A stretch of DNA of 64,000 nucleotides from Candidatus Poseidoniales archaeon (GTDB lineage: Archaea; Thermoplasmatota; Poseidoniia; Poseidoniales; Poseidoniaceae): NCBI GenBank assembly GCA_012959275.1, contig DUDM01000034.1, positions 16,688-80,687 of the forward strand, written 5' to 3'. The notes below the pieces were generated by a model that worked only from the letters and a program-made list of their open reading frames with translations, ran no database searches and was not told the DNA's origin. The position numbers were made by a program, and so were the translations under genes. This document shows positions 9,895 to 19,955 of this stretch, one piece after another; position 1 is the first letter of the stretch; every line of letters begins with the position of its first letter.

Positions 9895-10260
9895 TCATAA
9901 TTCATTGACAAGATTTTGAATCAAGTCTCTAGTTTTCCGGTATGAATTAAGGCCTTGGCCAAATGGGTCATCAAGCCCCCAGTCTAAGTCAGCCTTCAGT
10001 GCAGGGCATGTTTCCTCAACCCCACAACCCATTGAGATAACCATATCCCAATCATTTAGGGAGGTTAAATCGAGTAGGTCAGAAGATTGCCTTGATACAT
10101 CGATACCGAGTTCGGCCATGACTTCAACTGCTTTTGCAGCAACTCCAGAACCAGGGCTTGTACCAGCACTAGCAGTTTCATGGCCCGCTCCTCTGGCAAA
10201 TCCTTCAGCCATTTGACTGCGGCAGGTATTGCCAACGCATACGAATAATATTCTCATCAA
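9895..10260 (-). CDS. arsC: arsenate reductase, low-molecular-weight phosphatase family
   Basis: P-loop ILFVCVGNTCRSQMAEG (CX5R) plus a downstream Cys pair, MGCGVEETCP. Confidence 0.8.
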   Translation of the reverse strand: MMRILFVCVGNTCRSQMAEGFARGAGHETASAGTSPGSGVAAKAVEVMAELGIDVSRQSSDLLDLTSLNDWDMVISMGCGVEETCPALKADLDWGLDDPFGQGLNSYRKTRDLIQNLVNEL

Positions 10261-10267
10261 ATAGTCT

Positions 10268-10726
10268 GTGTTCTCGACATGCTATGAAGGATATGCAAAT
10301 GACCTATCTTCTTCTGGGGTTGCCATGTTCCCACCGCGTAGCAGCGTTTGGCGAGGAATAATTTTCACTTCGATTCTATTTGTAGTTGATTTTGTCTTAC
10401 ACATTATTTTCGCAGCGAATGGTTGGGATATCGCCTTCAAAGTAATTGCAATAGAATTGGCAATATTGAGCATTTGCTTCGCTCCTATTGCCTTGTTATT
10501 TGGTGGACCAACCAATCATGAAGATGGATTGGAAGTTATTCAAATTGGCACTTGGTTCGCTGTACCGTTGACTGTGGGCTATTTCTGGGCCGTCAACGGC
10601 ATGACTTGGAGCATCTGGTTAATTGGAACCATGGTCTTTCCACTGCTCAGTAGAACTCTCTGGTATCGATGGGAACGTGGCTTCTCGTTGCTTCTGTATT
10701 CGCCTTTGATTGACGATGATGAGTGA
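10268..10726 (+). CDS. hypothetical integral membrane protein
   Basis: 152 aa with four clear hydrophobic spans. No recognisable family. Confidence 0.5.
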   Translation: MFSTCYEGYANDLSSSGVAMFPPRSSVWRGIIFTSILFVVDFVLHIIFAANGWDIAFKVIAIELAILSICFAPIALLFGGPTNHEDGLEVIQIGTWFAVPLTVGYFWAVNGMTWSIWLIGTMVFPLLSRTLWYRWERGFSLLLYSPLIDDDE

Positions 10727-10764
10727 GCGAGCATTGAAAGACAGCCTACGGGTCGAATGCTTCG

Positions 10765-11784
10765 ATGTCGGATTCCCCAGTATCCCACCATAGCCCAGAC
10801 AAGCCTTCGGAAGCTGCTGATACGGCAGAGCCCGCAAGCCCTCAACAACAAAAGCAAATGGAGGCTCAATTCCAGCAGATGAAACGTCAAATGGCGATGA
10901 AGAAAATTGCTGAAGATATCAAGCACAAGATAATGGTGCTTTCTGGAAAAGGCGGAGTTGGAAAGTCAACTGTTGCTACTGGACTAGCAATATCTCTTGC
11001 TGACCAAGGACTTGCGGTTGGCTTAATGGATATTGATATCACAGGCCCAAATATTCCAAAGATGATGGGACTAACTGGTCAGAGATTACATGTTGAGGAT
11101 GGTCGTATCTATCCCAATATTGGACACGGTGGAGTGAAAGTCATCTCGATGGCTTTCTTACTCGAGGATGAAGATACTCCTGTTGTATGGCGTGGACCTA
11201 TTAAGTTGGGAGCAATTCAGCAATTCATTGCTGATGTTGAATGGGGTAAACTTGACCATTTGATTATCGACTTCCCTCCTGGAACCAGCGATGAACCATT
11301 GACTGTGGCTCAGAGTCTGCCTGATATCGATGGAATTGTTATTGTCACTACTCCTCAGGAAGTCGCACTGCTCGATTCTAGGAAGTCCATTTCCTTTGCT
11401 AAAACTCTCAATGTTCCAGTTCTTGGTGTGGTGGAAAACATGAGTGGGTATACGATTAGAGGGAGTGCCGAACCTAACTCCTCAATGACTGTCAAAGGAC
11501 CTTCAGGGGTTGATATCGATGTGGATGTAGATGCTGAAGGAAATTGGTCAGCAACACTTGATATCTTCAAAGTTGGAGGAGGAAAAACTACGGCTGAGAA
11601 GTTGAACGTTCCATTCCTCGGGGCGCTTCCGTTCGATCCAGGGGTAGTTCGTGGTGGCGATGATGGTGTTCACCGAATTATTGCTGAACCAAAAGGTGAG
11701 AGTGCCAAGGCCTTTGAAATAGTAGTTGAATCGATAACTTCACAATTGGGTGGAGAAGAAGAAGATACTCTGAGAATCATCTGA
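10765..11784 (+). CDS. apbC: Mrp/NBP35/ApbC-family iron-sulfur cluster carrier ATPase
   Basis: Deviant Walker A VLSGKGGVGKSTV, then VVENMSG. A Gln-rich N-terminal tail is present. Confidence 0.85.
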   Translation: MSDSPVSHHSPDKPSEAADTAEPASPQQQKQMEAQFQQMKRQMAMKKIAEDIKHKIMVLSGKGGVGKSTVATGLAISLADQGLAVGLMDIDITGPNIPKMMGLTGQRLHVEDGRIYPNIGHGGVKVISMAFLLEDEDTPVVWRGPIKLGAIQQFIADVEWGKLDHLIIDFPPGTSDEPLTVAQSLPDIDGIVIVTTPQEVALLDSRKSISFAKTLNVPVLGVVENMSGYTIRGSAEPNSSMTVKGPSGVDIDVDVDAEGNWSATLDIFKVGGGKTTAEKLNVPFLGALPFDPGVVRGGDDGVHRIIAEPKGESAKAFEIVVESITSQLGGEEEDTLRII

Positions 11785-11793
11785 GGCGATTGG

Positions 11794-12144
11794 ATGACTG
11801 AGATACCAAAACTGCTCGAACTTGAGCGCACTGAGCAGACCGCCATCTTGCGTTGGAAAGATGGTACAGAACACAATGTATCGTGGAATGATATACGGTT
11901 TTTTTGCCCTTGTGCGAAGTGTTCACCAAATCGTGATGATGAAGAGAGTGCCTTGGCACTTCGAGCCTCTGTTGATTCTTTTATTGATGAAAGACCGATG
12001 GTAATTCCAATCGGCAGATATGCATTGACATTTGAGTGGAGCCAAGGTTGTAGTAGCGGGATTCATCGCTTTGAACGCTTATGGGAAATCGGTGAAGGAA
12101 TAGACCCTGACCACGGCAAACCGTACTCTCATGGAGCATGGTGA
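11794..12144 (+). CDS. DUF971 (gamma-butyrobetaine hydroxylase-like N-terminal domain) protein
   Basis: 116 aa with LRWKDGTEHNVSWNDIRFFCPCAKC and a C-terminal GIHRF. It lies directly downstream of the Mrp-family gene. Confidence 0.7.
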   Translation: MTEIPKLLELERTEQTAILRWKDGTEHNVSWNDIRFFCPCAKCSPNRDDEESALALRASVDSFIDERPMVIPIGRYALTFEWSQGCSSGIHRFERLWEIGEGIDPDHGKPYSHGAW

Positions 12145-12216
12145 ACCGCACTTGTATTGCAGGCGTTCTGCACCACATTGAAACACTGTCAACTAGCCAA
12201 GTGGGCTTGAGAGCGT

Positions 12217-14337
12217 ATGACTTCGGGAATCTACCTGACATGGATAACCATGGCATTGGCAGGTGGAGTCATCCTAATTCCTCTGTTCAAACCTCCTTGG
12301 GCGAAGGTAAATTTACGCGCTTTCAATGATATGTTTAGGAGATATTGGCTGCATATTTTATTGGTATTTTCAATCTATTTTTGGAAAGATACTTTCGATA
12401 GCCTTGACCGTATTTTCATGGCAAATACCCAACTGGAAATGACTGGATTTGTGTATGCCCTCGAAGGCGATATGGTGCTTTGGGTGCAGCAATTTTTTGA
12501 GGCTGAATGGTTAACAATTTCTTTGACTCATTTCTATGTTTCAGGCTACTTAATGGTTGTATATATCTCGATAGTTTATTTCTGTTATTTCAATGACCGT
12601 CATATGGCTGACCGAATTTCCTTGACAGTTTTCTTCATTTATGTCCTTTCGGTGCCTTTTTATCTATTTTTCAATGTTAGAGTTACGGGTGACCACATTC
12701 CTGCCATGGAAACTCTCGCTTACGATTTAACACCGGAAATCAATGATTGGTTTGAGAGGATTGATCCTTTTACTAATGGCATGCCATCTTTACACATCGG
12801 TATTCCCTTCGGAGTTTGGTTATGTTTGGTGCGTTGGGATGAAGACAACCGATGGATGAAATATCGCAGATTTATTTTTGGATATATTATAGTGACTGCC
12901 TTTGCAATCGTCTATTTGGGAATTCATTGGTTTGTTGATATCATCGGTGGAATGTTCGTTGCAGCAGTTGCCATTAAGTTGACTCAACGTTACAATACAG
13001 CAGTTTGGGCGGTGTTGGATGAACGTACCTTGAACGCCAGATTGGCGACGATAGTCACGCGCCCTCAAAGGGTAAAATGGTGGATAACCACACGCTCGCA
13101 GCGCTTGTGGAAGTCTTTACGCCACCCTTCCAGCCATGTAACTGGTTGGACGATAATCATGGTATTCTTGCTAACTACATCGGTTATTGTTTGGGATATG
13201 ACTCACCGTGATTTGCCGGTAACTGGAGTTCAGGCTCCAGCAGAAGCAGTCGCTGCGGATGGTTGGTTGATTAATCTCGATGACCGCGGTGATGAAGGAA
13301 TCGTCTTGGTAGTAGTAAAATTGGCTACACCTGATGAACTCAAGGTGATTAGACATCCCGAATTAACTCTGAATTCAAGTTACGATGTAGCAGGTAATCT
13401 TGTTGTTGTATCTAATCAAACGGAATTATGGGTGCAAGATCTTTCCAACCTTGCTGCCGAACCAAAGGTGATTGAAGTTAATTCTCCTTCCTTTGTGAAA
13501 TTGGCTGAGACCGGCCTTGGAGAATCAATCGTAGTATTAGTTGAGTCGGGAAATCTTAGAGGAATAACTCCAGAAGGGGATTCAATTATTATGCCAAAAC
13601 CCCCAATAAGTGCTGCGAAAGTAGTTAATATTGCTGTGGATGAAAATAAATTGGCTGTCATCTATGAAGATAATACAACTTTGGTCAGATTAGGACAAGT
13701 TGGAGTTCATGGTTTCGTTGATTTTTGGTTGAATAGTACAGCGGCTCCTGAGGAAGACGCAACCCTTGCAAGTTGGGGTTATGTTGTTGACATCGAAAAT
13801 GCAACGGTTGTTGACTTGGAAATTAATGGACAATGGTTGGTGGCTACGGTAAACGTTACTGCAACTGACAGACTAATCTTACTAGATATTGAGACTGGAG
13901 AAAGCCGCTTACTTGCCGACCCTAAGTACCCTGCTCACGACCCTTCTGTTGGGTTTGGAGTTGTAGCATGGGCTTCTCAATGGCACCTGAATCCCATTCA
14001 ACCCAGTGAGCAATTCGTCGATCACGAAATATGGTATTTCGACCTTTCAAGAAATCTTACTGAGCATTTGACTGAAGACCTAATTGACCAACGTAATCCT
14101 CAAGTCAGCGAAGATCACATTGTTTGGCAAGTTGTAGAAGATGGAAAAGTAATCGCCACCAAAGTCCATAGACGAGATGTAGAACTACAACCATATTCTT
14201 CAACCGCCCTTCAACTTGCAACATTAATCCTGATTCCATTAGTTTGTTTCCATATTTGGAAGGGCAACCGTGAGGCATTTGAAAAGGCATCAACTAGTAA
14301 TAGCGAGCATTCTCATCAAAGCAACGTGAGCGCTTGA
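12217..14337 (+). CDS. membrane PAP2-superfamily phosphatase/phosphotransferase domain fused to an extracellular beta-propeller-like domain
   Basis: The N-terminal 270 aa are polytopic with PAP2-type motifs (PSLHIGIP, HWFVDIIGG). The C-terminal 400 aa are beta-rich, followed by a final TM segment. Confidence 0.7.
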   Translation: MTSGIYLTWITMALAGGVILIPLFKPPWAKVNLRAFNDMFRRYWLHILLVFSIYFWKDTFDSLDRIFMANTQLEMTGFVYALEGDMVLWVQQFFEAEWLTISLTHFYVSGYLMVVYISIVYFCYFNDRHMADRISLTVFFIYVLSVPFYLFFNVRVTGDHIPAMETLAYDLTPEINDWFERIDPFTNGMPSLHIGIPFGVWLCLVRWDEDNRWMKYRRFIFGYIIVTAFAIVYLGIHWFVDIIGGMFVAAVAIKLTQRYNTAVWAVLDERTLNARLATIVTRPQRVKWWITTRSQRLWKSLRHPSSHVTGWTIIMVFLLTTSVIVWDMTHRDLPVTGVQAPAEAVAADGWLINLDDRGDEGIVLVVVKLATPDELKVIRHPELTLNSSYDVAGNLVVVSNQTELWVQDLSNLAAEPKVIEVNSPSFVKLAETGLGESIVVLVESGNLRGITPEGDSIIMPKPPISAAKVVNIAVDENKLAVIYEDNTTLVRLGQVGVHGFVDFWLNSTAAPEEDATLASWGYVVDIENATVVDLEINGQWLVATVNVTATDRLILLDIETGESRLLADPKYPAHDPSVGFGVVAWASQWHLNPIQPSEQFVDHEIWYFDLSRNLTEHLTEDLIDQRNPQVSEDHIVWQVVEDGKVIATKVHRRDVELQPYSSTALQLATLILIPLVCFHIWKGNREAFEKASTSNSEHSHQSNVSA

Positions 14338-15432
14338 TGCTGTCTCTGAAGGGACAATAATTTGGTTGGCTGCTTCTCCTACTTTTATTCTTTCAAGAAC
14401 ATCCAAAAGATATGATGGATGAATCATATACATGGTTGAACATGGGCAAACCATGGGGTCAAGGCATTCAACAGTCTTGTCTGGATAAGCAGCATTAAGG
14501 CGCTTTACCATGTTTATTTCAGTACCAACACCAATGTACGAACCGCTCGGTGCATCCTCAACATAGCGTCGGATATACTCGGTTGAACCAACAGCATCAG
14601 CAGCCTCGGCAACTTGTCGTGGGCATTCAGGATGAACAACCACCAAGGCATCAGGGATTTTCTCTCGCAATTCTGAAATTTGCAAGGTTGTGAAACGGCG
14701 ATGAACGCTACAGTAGCCATGCCAGAGAATTATTCGTGAGGATTCCAAGCCCTTCCAATCAGCCTCAGTATCTGGGTTCCAAACGGCCATTTCATCTTCA
14801 CTAATTTTCATGGATAAGCCGGTATTACGACCAAGGTGTTGGTCGGGGAAAAACAGTACCTTTCCATTCTCTCCTGCTCTTTCAAAGGCCCATTCAAGAA
14901 CTCCTTTGGCATTGGAAGAAGTGCATACTGCTCCGCCATGATCACCCACGAAGGCTTTCAGTTCAGCGCTTGAATTCATGTAAGTGACTGGAATCAAACA
15001 TGATTCACCGGTTTCAGCAGGAGCAGTGGGGTCATCTCTGTCAGCAGGGTCGATTAAACCTAATTCATCGATTAATTCATCCCAACAATCCATAACTTGC
15101 TCAAGATTTGCCATATCGGCCATCGAACAACCTGCTCGCAAATTAGGTAGGCTAACGATTTGGGAATCACTGGTCAGAATATCGGCTGATTCAGCCATGA
15201 AATGAACTCCGCAGAATACGATATTCTTTGCTTTGCTCTCACTGGCCATTTTTGCTAGAAGAAAGGAATCACCCAATAGGTCAGCATGGGCAACGATGCT
15301 ATCACGCTGATAGTGATGACCAAGGATGAGCAACTTATCGCCCATTTCTTGCTTTATTTCCTGAATACGTGAATGCACCGACTCATCGCTCATGGCGGAG
15401 GTGGATTGGATATCACAAACAGCCAGTTCCAT
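14290..15432 (-). CDS. nadA: quinolinate synthase
   Basis: 380 aa with LGHHYQRD, CGVHFMAESADI, GCSMADMA, VVHPECP and VCPCSTM, typical of NadA. Confidence 0.9.
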   Translation of the reverse strand: MELAVCDIQSTSAMSDESVHSRIQEIKQEMGDKLLILGHHYQRDSIVAHADLLGDSFLLAKMASESKAKNIVFCGVHFMAESADILTSDSQIVSLPNLRAGCSMADMANLEQVMDCWDELIDELGLIDPADRDDPTAPAETGESCLIPVTYMNSSAELKAFVGDHGGAVCTSSNAKGVLEWAFERAGENGKVLFFPDQHLGRNTGLSMKISEDEMAVWNPDTEADWKGLESSRIILWHGYCSVHRRFTTLQISELREKIPDALVVVHPECPRQVAEAADAVGSTEYIRRYVEDAPSGSYIGVGTEINMVKRLNAAYPDKTVECLDPMVCPCSTMYMIHPSYLLDVLERIKVGEAANQIIVPSETASSAHVALMRMLAITS

Positions 15433-15500
15433 CGATTAAACCCGTAATGGCAATGCCTTTGAAGCCATCTATCTCCAGCAGAATCACAGGAGGGCAGGCA

Positions 15501-16166
15501 ATGCTATGGCAAGATGAAGGAATGATCCACATTGGAGCCGAGGCTGAGGTACGTATTGGGCGTTGGTTAGGCTTACCTGCTATCAAGAAAACTCGTATCC
15601 CTAGAACTTGGCGTCATCCAGACCTCGATAAACGCTTGACAAAGCGTCGACTAGATGTTGAATGTAAAATTCTCAATAAATTATTGAAAGAAAATATTGC
15701 TGCACCTAGGATATTGGAATTAAACAAAGATGAGATGACAATGATAATTTCAAAAATTGAAGGAAGCCCATTAATCGAATCATTACAAGCAGGAATAGTT
15801 GATGAAAATGTTTTCTTTCAACTTGGAAAAATAATAAGAAACTTTCATGAAATTGGCATTTCTCACGGCGACATTTCGACAAATAATATTCTTTGGCAAG
15901 CTGGAAGCGAACCTACTCTAATCGACTTTGGACTTTCAAAAAACACCATCGAAGTCGAGGACTTCGGTATTGACCTACATGTTTTGGAGGAAATTCTTAG
16001 TGCTAGTCATCCTGAATATGAAGGTGCAATGGAGCAGGTAGAGGCGGGATACCTTTCTCAATCACCTGATGATGTCATCGATATTCCAGCCGGGCTTTTA
16101 CCGACTGCAAATGAAGTTATCAAGCGGCTACAAGATATTAGGACTCGGGTTCGGTATCACGATTAG
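15501..16166 (+). CDS. bud32: Bud32/PRPK kinase of the KEOPS complex
   Basis: ATG at 15501 preceded by AGGAGGG. Catalytic loop HGDISTNNIL and DFGLS. About 220 aa, typical for archaeal Bud32. Confidence 0.85.
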   Translation: MLWQDEGMIHIGAEAEVRIGRWLGLPAIKKTRIPRTWRHPDLDKRLTKRRLDVECKILNKLLKENIAAPRILELNKDEMTMIISKIEGSPLIESLQAGIVDENVFFQLGKIIRNFHEIGISHGDISTNNILWQAGSEPTLIDFGLSKNTIEVEDFGIDLHVLEEILSASHPEYEGAMEQVEAGYLSQSPDDVIDIPAGLLPTANEVIKRLQDIRTRVRYHD

Positions 16167-16537
16167 ATTGCTTGTTCTGCTGCAATCCATCCGAGTAGGG
16201 CCAATAATGGCCCAAATACAGAAGTCGAAATTGCATAGAGTAGTGCAGTGCTTATCCGCCCATCTTTCCAAAGGTTGATTGTATCAATACTGAATGTTGA
16301 CAATGTAGTGAATGCTCCTAGAACTCCAACTCCAAGAAACATCACCATTTCTTTGCTTATCGCTTCGCTACTGGCAGCCGCCCCCATTAAAGAACCCAGC
16401 AATAATGAGCCAACTAAATTGACAGTTAGAGTCCCCCATGGCATTTGTTCTGTAGATAGCCAATTTCCAATTAAATAGCGTAGAACTGCCCCAAGCGCGC
16501 CGCCCACTGCAACGTAAAGGAGAACCTTGGCGTCCAT
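16163..16537 (-). CDS. crcB: fluoride ion channel CrcB/Fluc
   Basis: 124 aa with four TM segments. GALGAVLRY and GAFTTLSTF motifs. Confidence 0.9.
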   Translation of the reverse strand: MDAKVLLYVAVGGALGAVLRYLIGNWLSTEQMPWGTLTVNLVGSLLLGSLMGAAASSEAISKEMVMFLGVGVLGAFTTLSTFSIDTINLWKDGRISTALLYAISTSVFGPLLALLGWIAAEQAI

Positions 16538-16608
16538 GTTGCTGGGCTGGGCATCCGCTGCATCATACTACCGACAAAAAAAAGGCCGACACCCCCCACC
16601 CTCGGAGT

Positions 16609-17208
16609 ATGGTTACCCCACTCTTGTTCCTAACTTCCAACCAAGGGAAACTGGCAGAAGCCAAACAACACCTTGAACCACTGGGTTTTGATGTGCAACA
16701 ATTTCTAATCGATGGCAAGGTTCCAGCAATTACTGAACCACAAGCAGACAGCCTAGAAGAAGTAGCCAAGGCGAAGATGCAACAGGCTGTTGCTCTATTG
16801 TTTTCTCAAGAAATTGAGGCGGCGATTATGATTGAAGATGCAGGATTATTCATTGATGCCTTGAATGGTTTTCCGGGGGTTTATTCAGCCTACACTCTGA
16901 AATCTATTGGCTGTCATGGAATTCTAAATATCCTTACAACTGAAAGAGTTGCACGATTTGAAGCAGTTGCAATGTTATGGGATGGGGAGAACACAATCAC
17001 TGGTAAAGGAATCTGTAGTGGTCAAATCTCAACTGAAATGGTAGAGGGTTCTGGATTTGGTTTCGACCCTATTTTCATTCCTGATGATTTAGAAGATGGT
17101 ACATCCACAGGCGGGGTGCCCTTTGGTGGCATTGAGTTATCATTGAAACAGGCTTTCAGTCACCGTCGAAAGGCGCTTGATGACTTGATATCAAAGATGA
17201 GAATTTGA
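16609..17208 (+). CDS. rdgB: dITP/XTP pyrophosphatase (HAM1/RdgB family)
   Basis: FLTSNQGKLAEA at the N-terminus, then FPGVYSA and GFGFDPIF. Confidence 0.9.
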   Translation: MVTPLLFLTSNQGKLAEAKQHLEPLGFDVQQFLIDGKVPAITEPQADSLEEVAKAKMQQAVALLFSQEIEAAIMIEDAGLFIDALNGFPGVYSAYTLKSIGCHGILNILTTERVARFEAVAMLWDGENTITGKGICSGQISTEMVEGSGFGFDPIFIPDDLEDGTSTGGVPFGGIELSLKQAFSHRRKALDDLISKMRI

Positions 17209-17265
17209 AAAGGCCAACGCGCCGTCATTGTCAAAGGCGCGCCACCTCTGCAAGGAGCGGTAGCG

Positions 17266-18219
17266 ATGGGTAGCGGTCTGAAACTTTTGCTTGCCTTTTC
17301 TACATTGGGAACGTTTGGATTCTACATGGCAAGAGTTAGTGTGATGACAGAGGCTGCTCAATGGGGATTTATTGGGGCCCTACTTGGGCAGGCATTTGTA
17401 TTCATTATTTTACCAGGAAAACAAAAGAAAACTGTTGTTAGAAGAACTGCAGCAGCAGCCAATGTAGCGGAAGAAGAAGCATTGGCTGAAGAAGATAAGA
17501 TTGACATTCCAGATCCAGTAACTATGGACCCGCTCGATGGTGCCACCTTGAAGCAGCGGAAGATGGCAAAAATTAAGGCAATTCAAAGTGCTGCTGAAGA
17601 GGAAGAGGATGAAGAAGTTCAAGAAATTTCTGTTGATGAAATCGAGGAAATTGATGACCTTCATATCGCTGAAGAATACGTTGTTGAAATCGATGCAGAA
17701 TCAATTGAAGAGGCTAAAATTGAGGATGCAGTTTCAGAGCGCCGCCGCCACCATGCAGAAATTCGCAAGCGTATCGAAATGCGCCGTCGTGAACAGATGG
17801 CAGAAGTGCGTGCTTCAGCAGCAAAAATGTGGGATAATAAATCTGGTGAAGATTTGGCAGCCATCGTTAGTAATGAAGGCCATGGATTGACAATTCTTGA
17901 TGAGCCCGATGAAGTTGAATCAGGCCATCCGTATGGGGCGACATTCATCCGTTTAGATGATACAAGAGTACTCAAGGTTAGGGTTGCACTTGATGATGGA
18001 TTCAAGACTGCAGAATTAGAAGAGGAAGAAAATGAACTCCCACCTCTCCTCCTACCGGATGGTACTACATTGCCATTACCCAGTGGATTACCATTACCGC
18101 CTCTTCCCGTGATAGGTGGATTACCATTACCCCCTCCTCCCATGGTAGGTGGATTGCCTCCACCTCCGGCACTAAACAGTCAGAACAAATTAGCCGCTCT
18201 GAGAGATGAAATTGCTTAA
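17266..18219 (+). CDS. hypothetical membrane-anchored protein with acidic coiled region and proline-rich tail
   Basis: Two N-terminal TM segments, an E/D/K-rich middle and a C-terminal GLPLPPLPVIGGLPLPPPPMVGGLPPPP. Antisense ORFs here are low-complexity shadows. Confidence 0.6.
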   Translation: MGSGLKLLLAFSTLGTFGFYMARVSVMTEAAQWGFIGALLGQAFVFIILPGKQKKTVVRRTAAAANVAEEEALAEEDKIDIPDPVTMDPLDGATLKQRKMAKIKAIQSAAEEEEDEEVQEISVDEIEEIDDLHIAEEYVVEIDAESIEEAKIEDAVSERRRHHAEIRKRIEMRRREQMAEVRASAAKMWDNKSGEDLAAIVSNEGHGLTILDEPDEVESGHPYGATFIRLDDTRVLKVRVALDDGFKTAELEEEENELPPLLLPDGTTLPLPSGLPLPPLPVIGGLPLPPPPMVGGLPPPPALNSQNKLAALRDEIA

Positions 18220-18221
18220 TT

Positions 18222-19115
18222 TCACTTGCCTTTCCAGTTTGGAGTAGTTCTAGTTCCATTAAGGAATGCTTCAACTCCAATTTCCTTGTCTTCAGTATCG
18301 AATAGTTGAGCAAATTCCTCCGCTTCGAGCACCACCCCTTCTGAGATTGGCAATTCAAGAGATGCCCTTACAACCTTCTTTGCAACTTTCAAAGTATGAG
18401 GAGATTTACTGGCAATTATTCTTGCCAGTTTCAAGGTTGCTTCAAGTAATTCTTCGGGCTCATATACATGATTGACTAAGCCGATTCTAAGTGCTTCATT
18501 TGCAGAAATCATTTCTCCGCTAAGCACCAATTCTAGCGTTTTGCCATAGCCAATCAAATGGCCTAATCTTTGGGTTCCTCCACCACCAGGAATTAATCCA
18601 AGGGTGATTTCAGGGGTGCCGAACTTTGAACGTGAACTGGCCATTCGAATGTCACATGAACATGCAACTTCCAGCCCTCCTCCAAGAGCAAACCCGTCAA
18701 CCATGGCGATGGTGGGTTTGGAAAGATTCCAGATTTTCTCCCAAGCATTATGTTTGAATGACTGACGAATGTCATTGGATTTCTTGCCAGCAAACTCACT
18801 GATATCAGCACCAGCAACAAAGGCATTTGGCTTCGCTCTTTTTCCTTCTTCAGGCTGTAATGGTTCGGCTCCCTTGATGATTACCAATTTGATTTGATTT
18901 TGGTTTTCAGCCCAATTACACATTGCTTTTAGTCCTGACATAACATCATCATTTAGCGCATTTAATTTATTAGGGCGGTTAATGCAAACTAGTGCAATAA
19001 CGCCTTTTCCATCATTTTCATCATCAACTTGGATTTCTTCGATGATAATAACCTCACTAACTGGGGGGGCTGCCATGTTTGGGCGTGTGGGTTGGACTTG
19101 AATATCTAATCGCAT
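18222..19115 (-). CDS. enoyl-CoA hydratase/isomerase (crotonase) family
   Basis: FVAGADISEF and GFALGGGLEVACSCD. The start is uncertain: ATG at 19115 or 19076. The track ORF start at 19271 is an implausible extension. Confidence 0.85.
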   Translation of the reverse strand: MRLDIQVQPTRPNMAAPPVSEVIIIEEIQVDDENDGKGVIALVCINRPNKLNALNDDVMSGLKAMCNWAENQNQIKLVIIKGAEPLQPEEGKRAKPNAFVAGADISEFAGKKSNDIRQSFKHNAWEKIWNLSKPTIAMVDGFALGGGLEVACSCDIRMASSRSKFGTPEITLGLIPGGGGTQRLGHLIGYGKTLELVLSGEMISANEALRIGLVNHVYEPEELLEATLKLARIIASKSPHTLKVAKKVVRASLELPISEGVVLEAEEFAQLFDTEDKEIGVEAFLNGTRTTPNWKGK

Positions 19116-19151
19116 AATCTTGTTGTTTTTGTTGATAGGTTTGAGCAAGAG

Positions 19152-19955
19152 ATGAAGAATGAGTGGTGGCTGGCAGGGGCGGGTGTCGAGTTGTTTGATA
19201 CAGCAGATCGGGAATTGTTGGTTAGGGTTGCCGATGTTGGTAAGAGATTTGGTGACTTTGTAGCATTGCATCCACTAAATGTCAAAGTATATTCCGGAGA
19301 ATTCTTTGGAGTATTTGGTCCAAATGGGGCCGGAAAATCAACTTTTATTAAACTATTAACAGGTCAACTAAAACCTACGATGGGCCAAGTCGAAGTGCTT
19401 GGCATCGATGTTATTCAAGATCCTCAAATGGTCAAAGCTAACATTGGAATTGTCCCCGAATCTGAATCACCACCATCATATTTAACACCGGTAGAATTTC
19501 TTCAATTCGTAGCAAGGTTACGTGGACTCGATGATACGGAAAAGCACATCAATTACTGGATTGATTGGTTTGGAATTACCGATAAGAGAGATACGATGTG
19601 CAAGGATTTGTCAAAGGGTCAGCGTCAAAAGGTGATGTTGGCGAGCGCCTTCATCCATGAACCAAGGGTGCTCTTCCTTGACGAACCATTTGCCAACCTC
19701 GACCCGATATACCAACGTAAATGCCGCACTCATTTATTGGATATGGTTGCTAATGGTGGCACGATTTTCATGTGTAGCCACGTACTTGAAGTTGCAGAGA
19801 GGCTGTGTACAAGATTGGCAATAATTGACCATGGACGTGTTCTCGCTGCTGGTACTATTTCGGAATTGAAATCTAATTCTGATGAAAACTTGGAAGATGT
19901 TTTCATTCGCCTTGTTGGCCACTCGATTGAAGAATCCGTATCTGAGGAGGAGTGA
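19152..19955 (+). CDS. ABC transporter ATP-binding protein
   Basis: Walker A GPNGAGKST, signature LSKGQRQKV, Walker B LFLDEP. Confidence 0.9.
   Translation: MKNEWWLAGAGVELFDTADRELLVRVADVGKRFGDFVALHPLNVKVYSGEFFGVFGPNGAGKSTFIKLLTGQLKPTMGQVEVLGIDVIQDPQMVKANIGIVPESESPPSYLTPVEFLQFVARLRGLDDTEKHINYWIDWFGITDKRDTMCKDLSKGQRQKVMLASAFIHEPRVLFLDEPFANLDPIYQRKCRTHLLDMVANGGTIFMCSHVLEVAERLCTRLAIIDHGRVLAAGTISELKSNSDENLEDVFIRLVGHSIEESVSEEE

Noticed and set aside
16538-16608. Fluoride riboswitch upstream of crcB
   Set aside because: The gap is only 71 nt and is shared with the divergent rdgB promoter. It is dominated by an A8 run and a CCGAC direct repeat. I see no crcB-motif pseudoknot elements.
17218-17241. 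Hairpin CGCGCC-12 nt-GGCGCG just after the rdgB stop, and three GGCGCGCC octamers in the window
   Set aside because: The 6-bp stem is weak. Archaeal termination relies mainly on T-tracts. The octamer count (3) is only marginally above expectation.
17358-18358. Several ORFs overlapping the 17266-18219 gene (17358-17546, 17410-17664, 17588-17890, 17661-18143, 18065-18358)
   Set aside because: They are products of GAA/GAT/CCN low-complexity repeats read in other frames or on the opposite strand. Their compositions are Ser/Arg/Gly-rich or Phe/Leu-rich nonsense.
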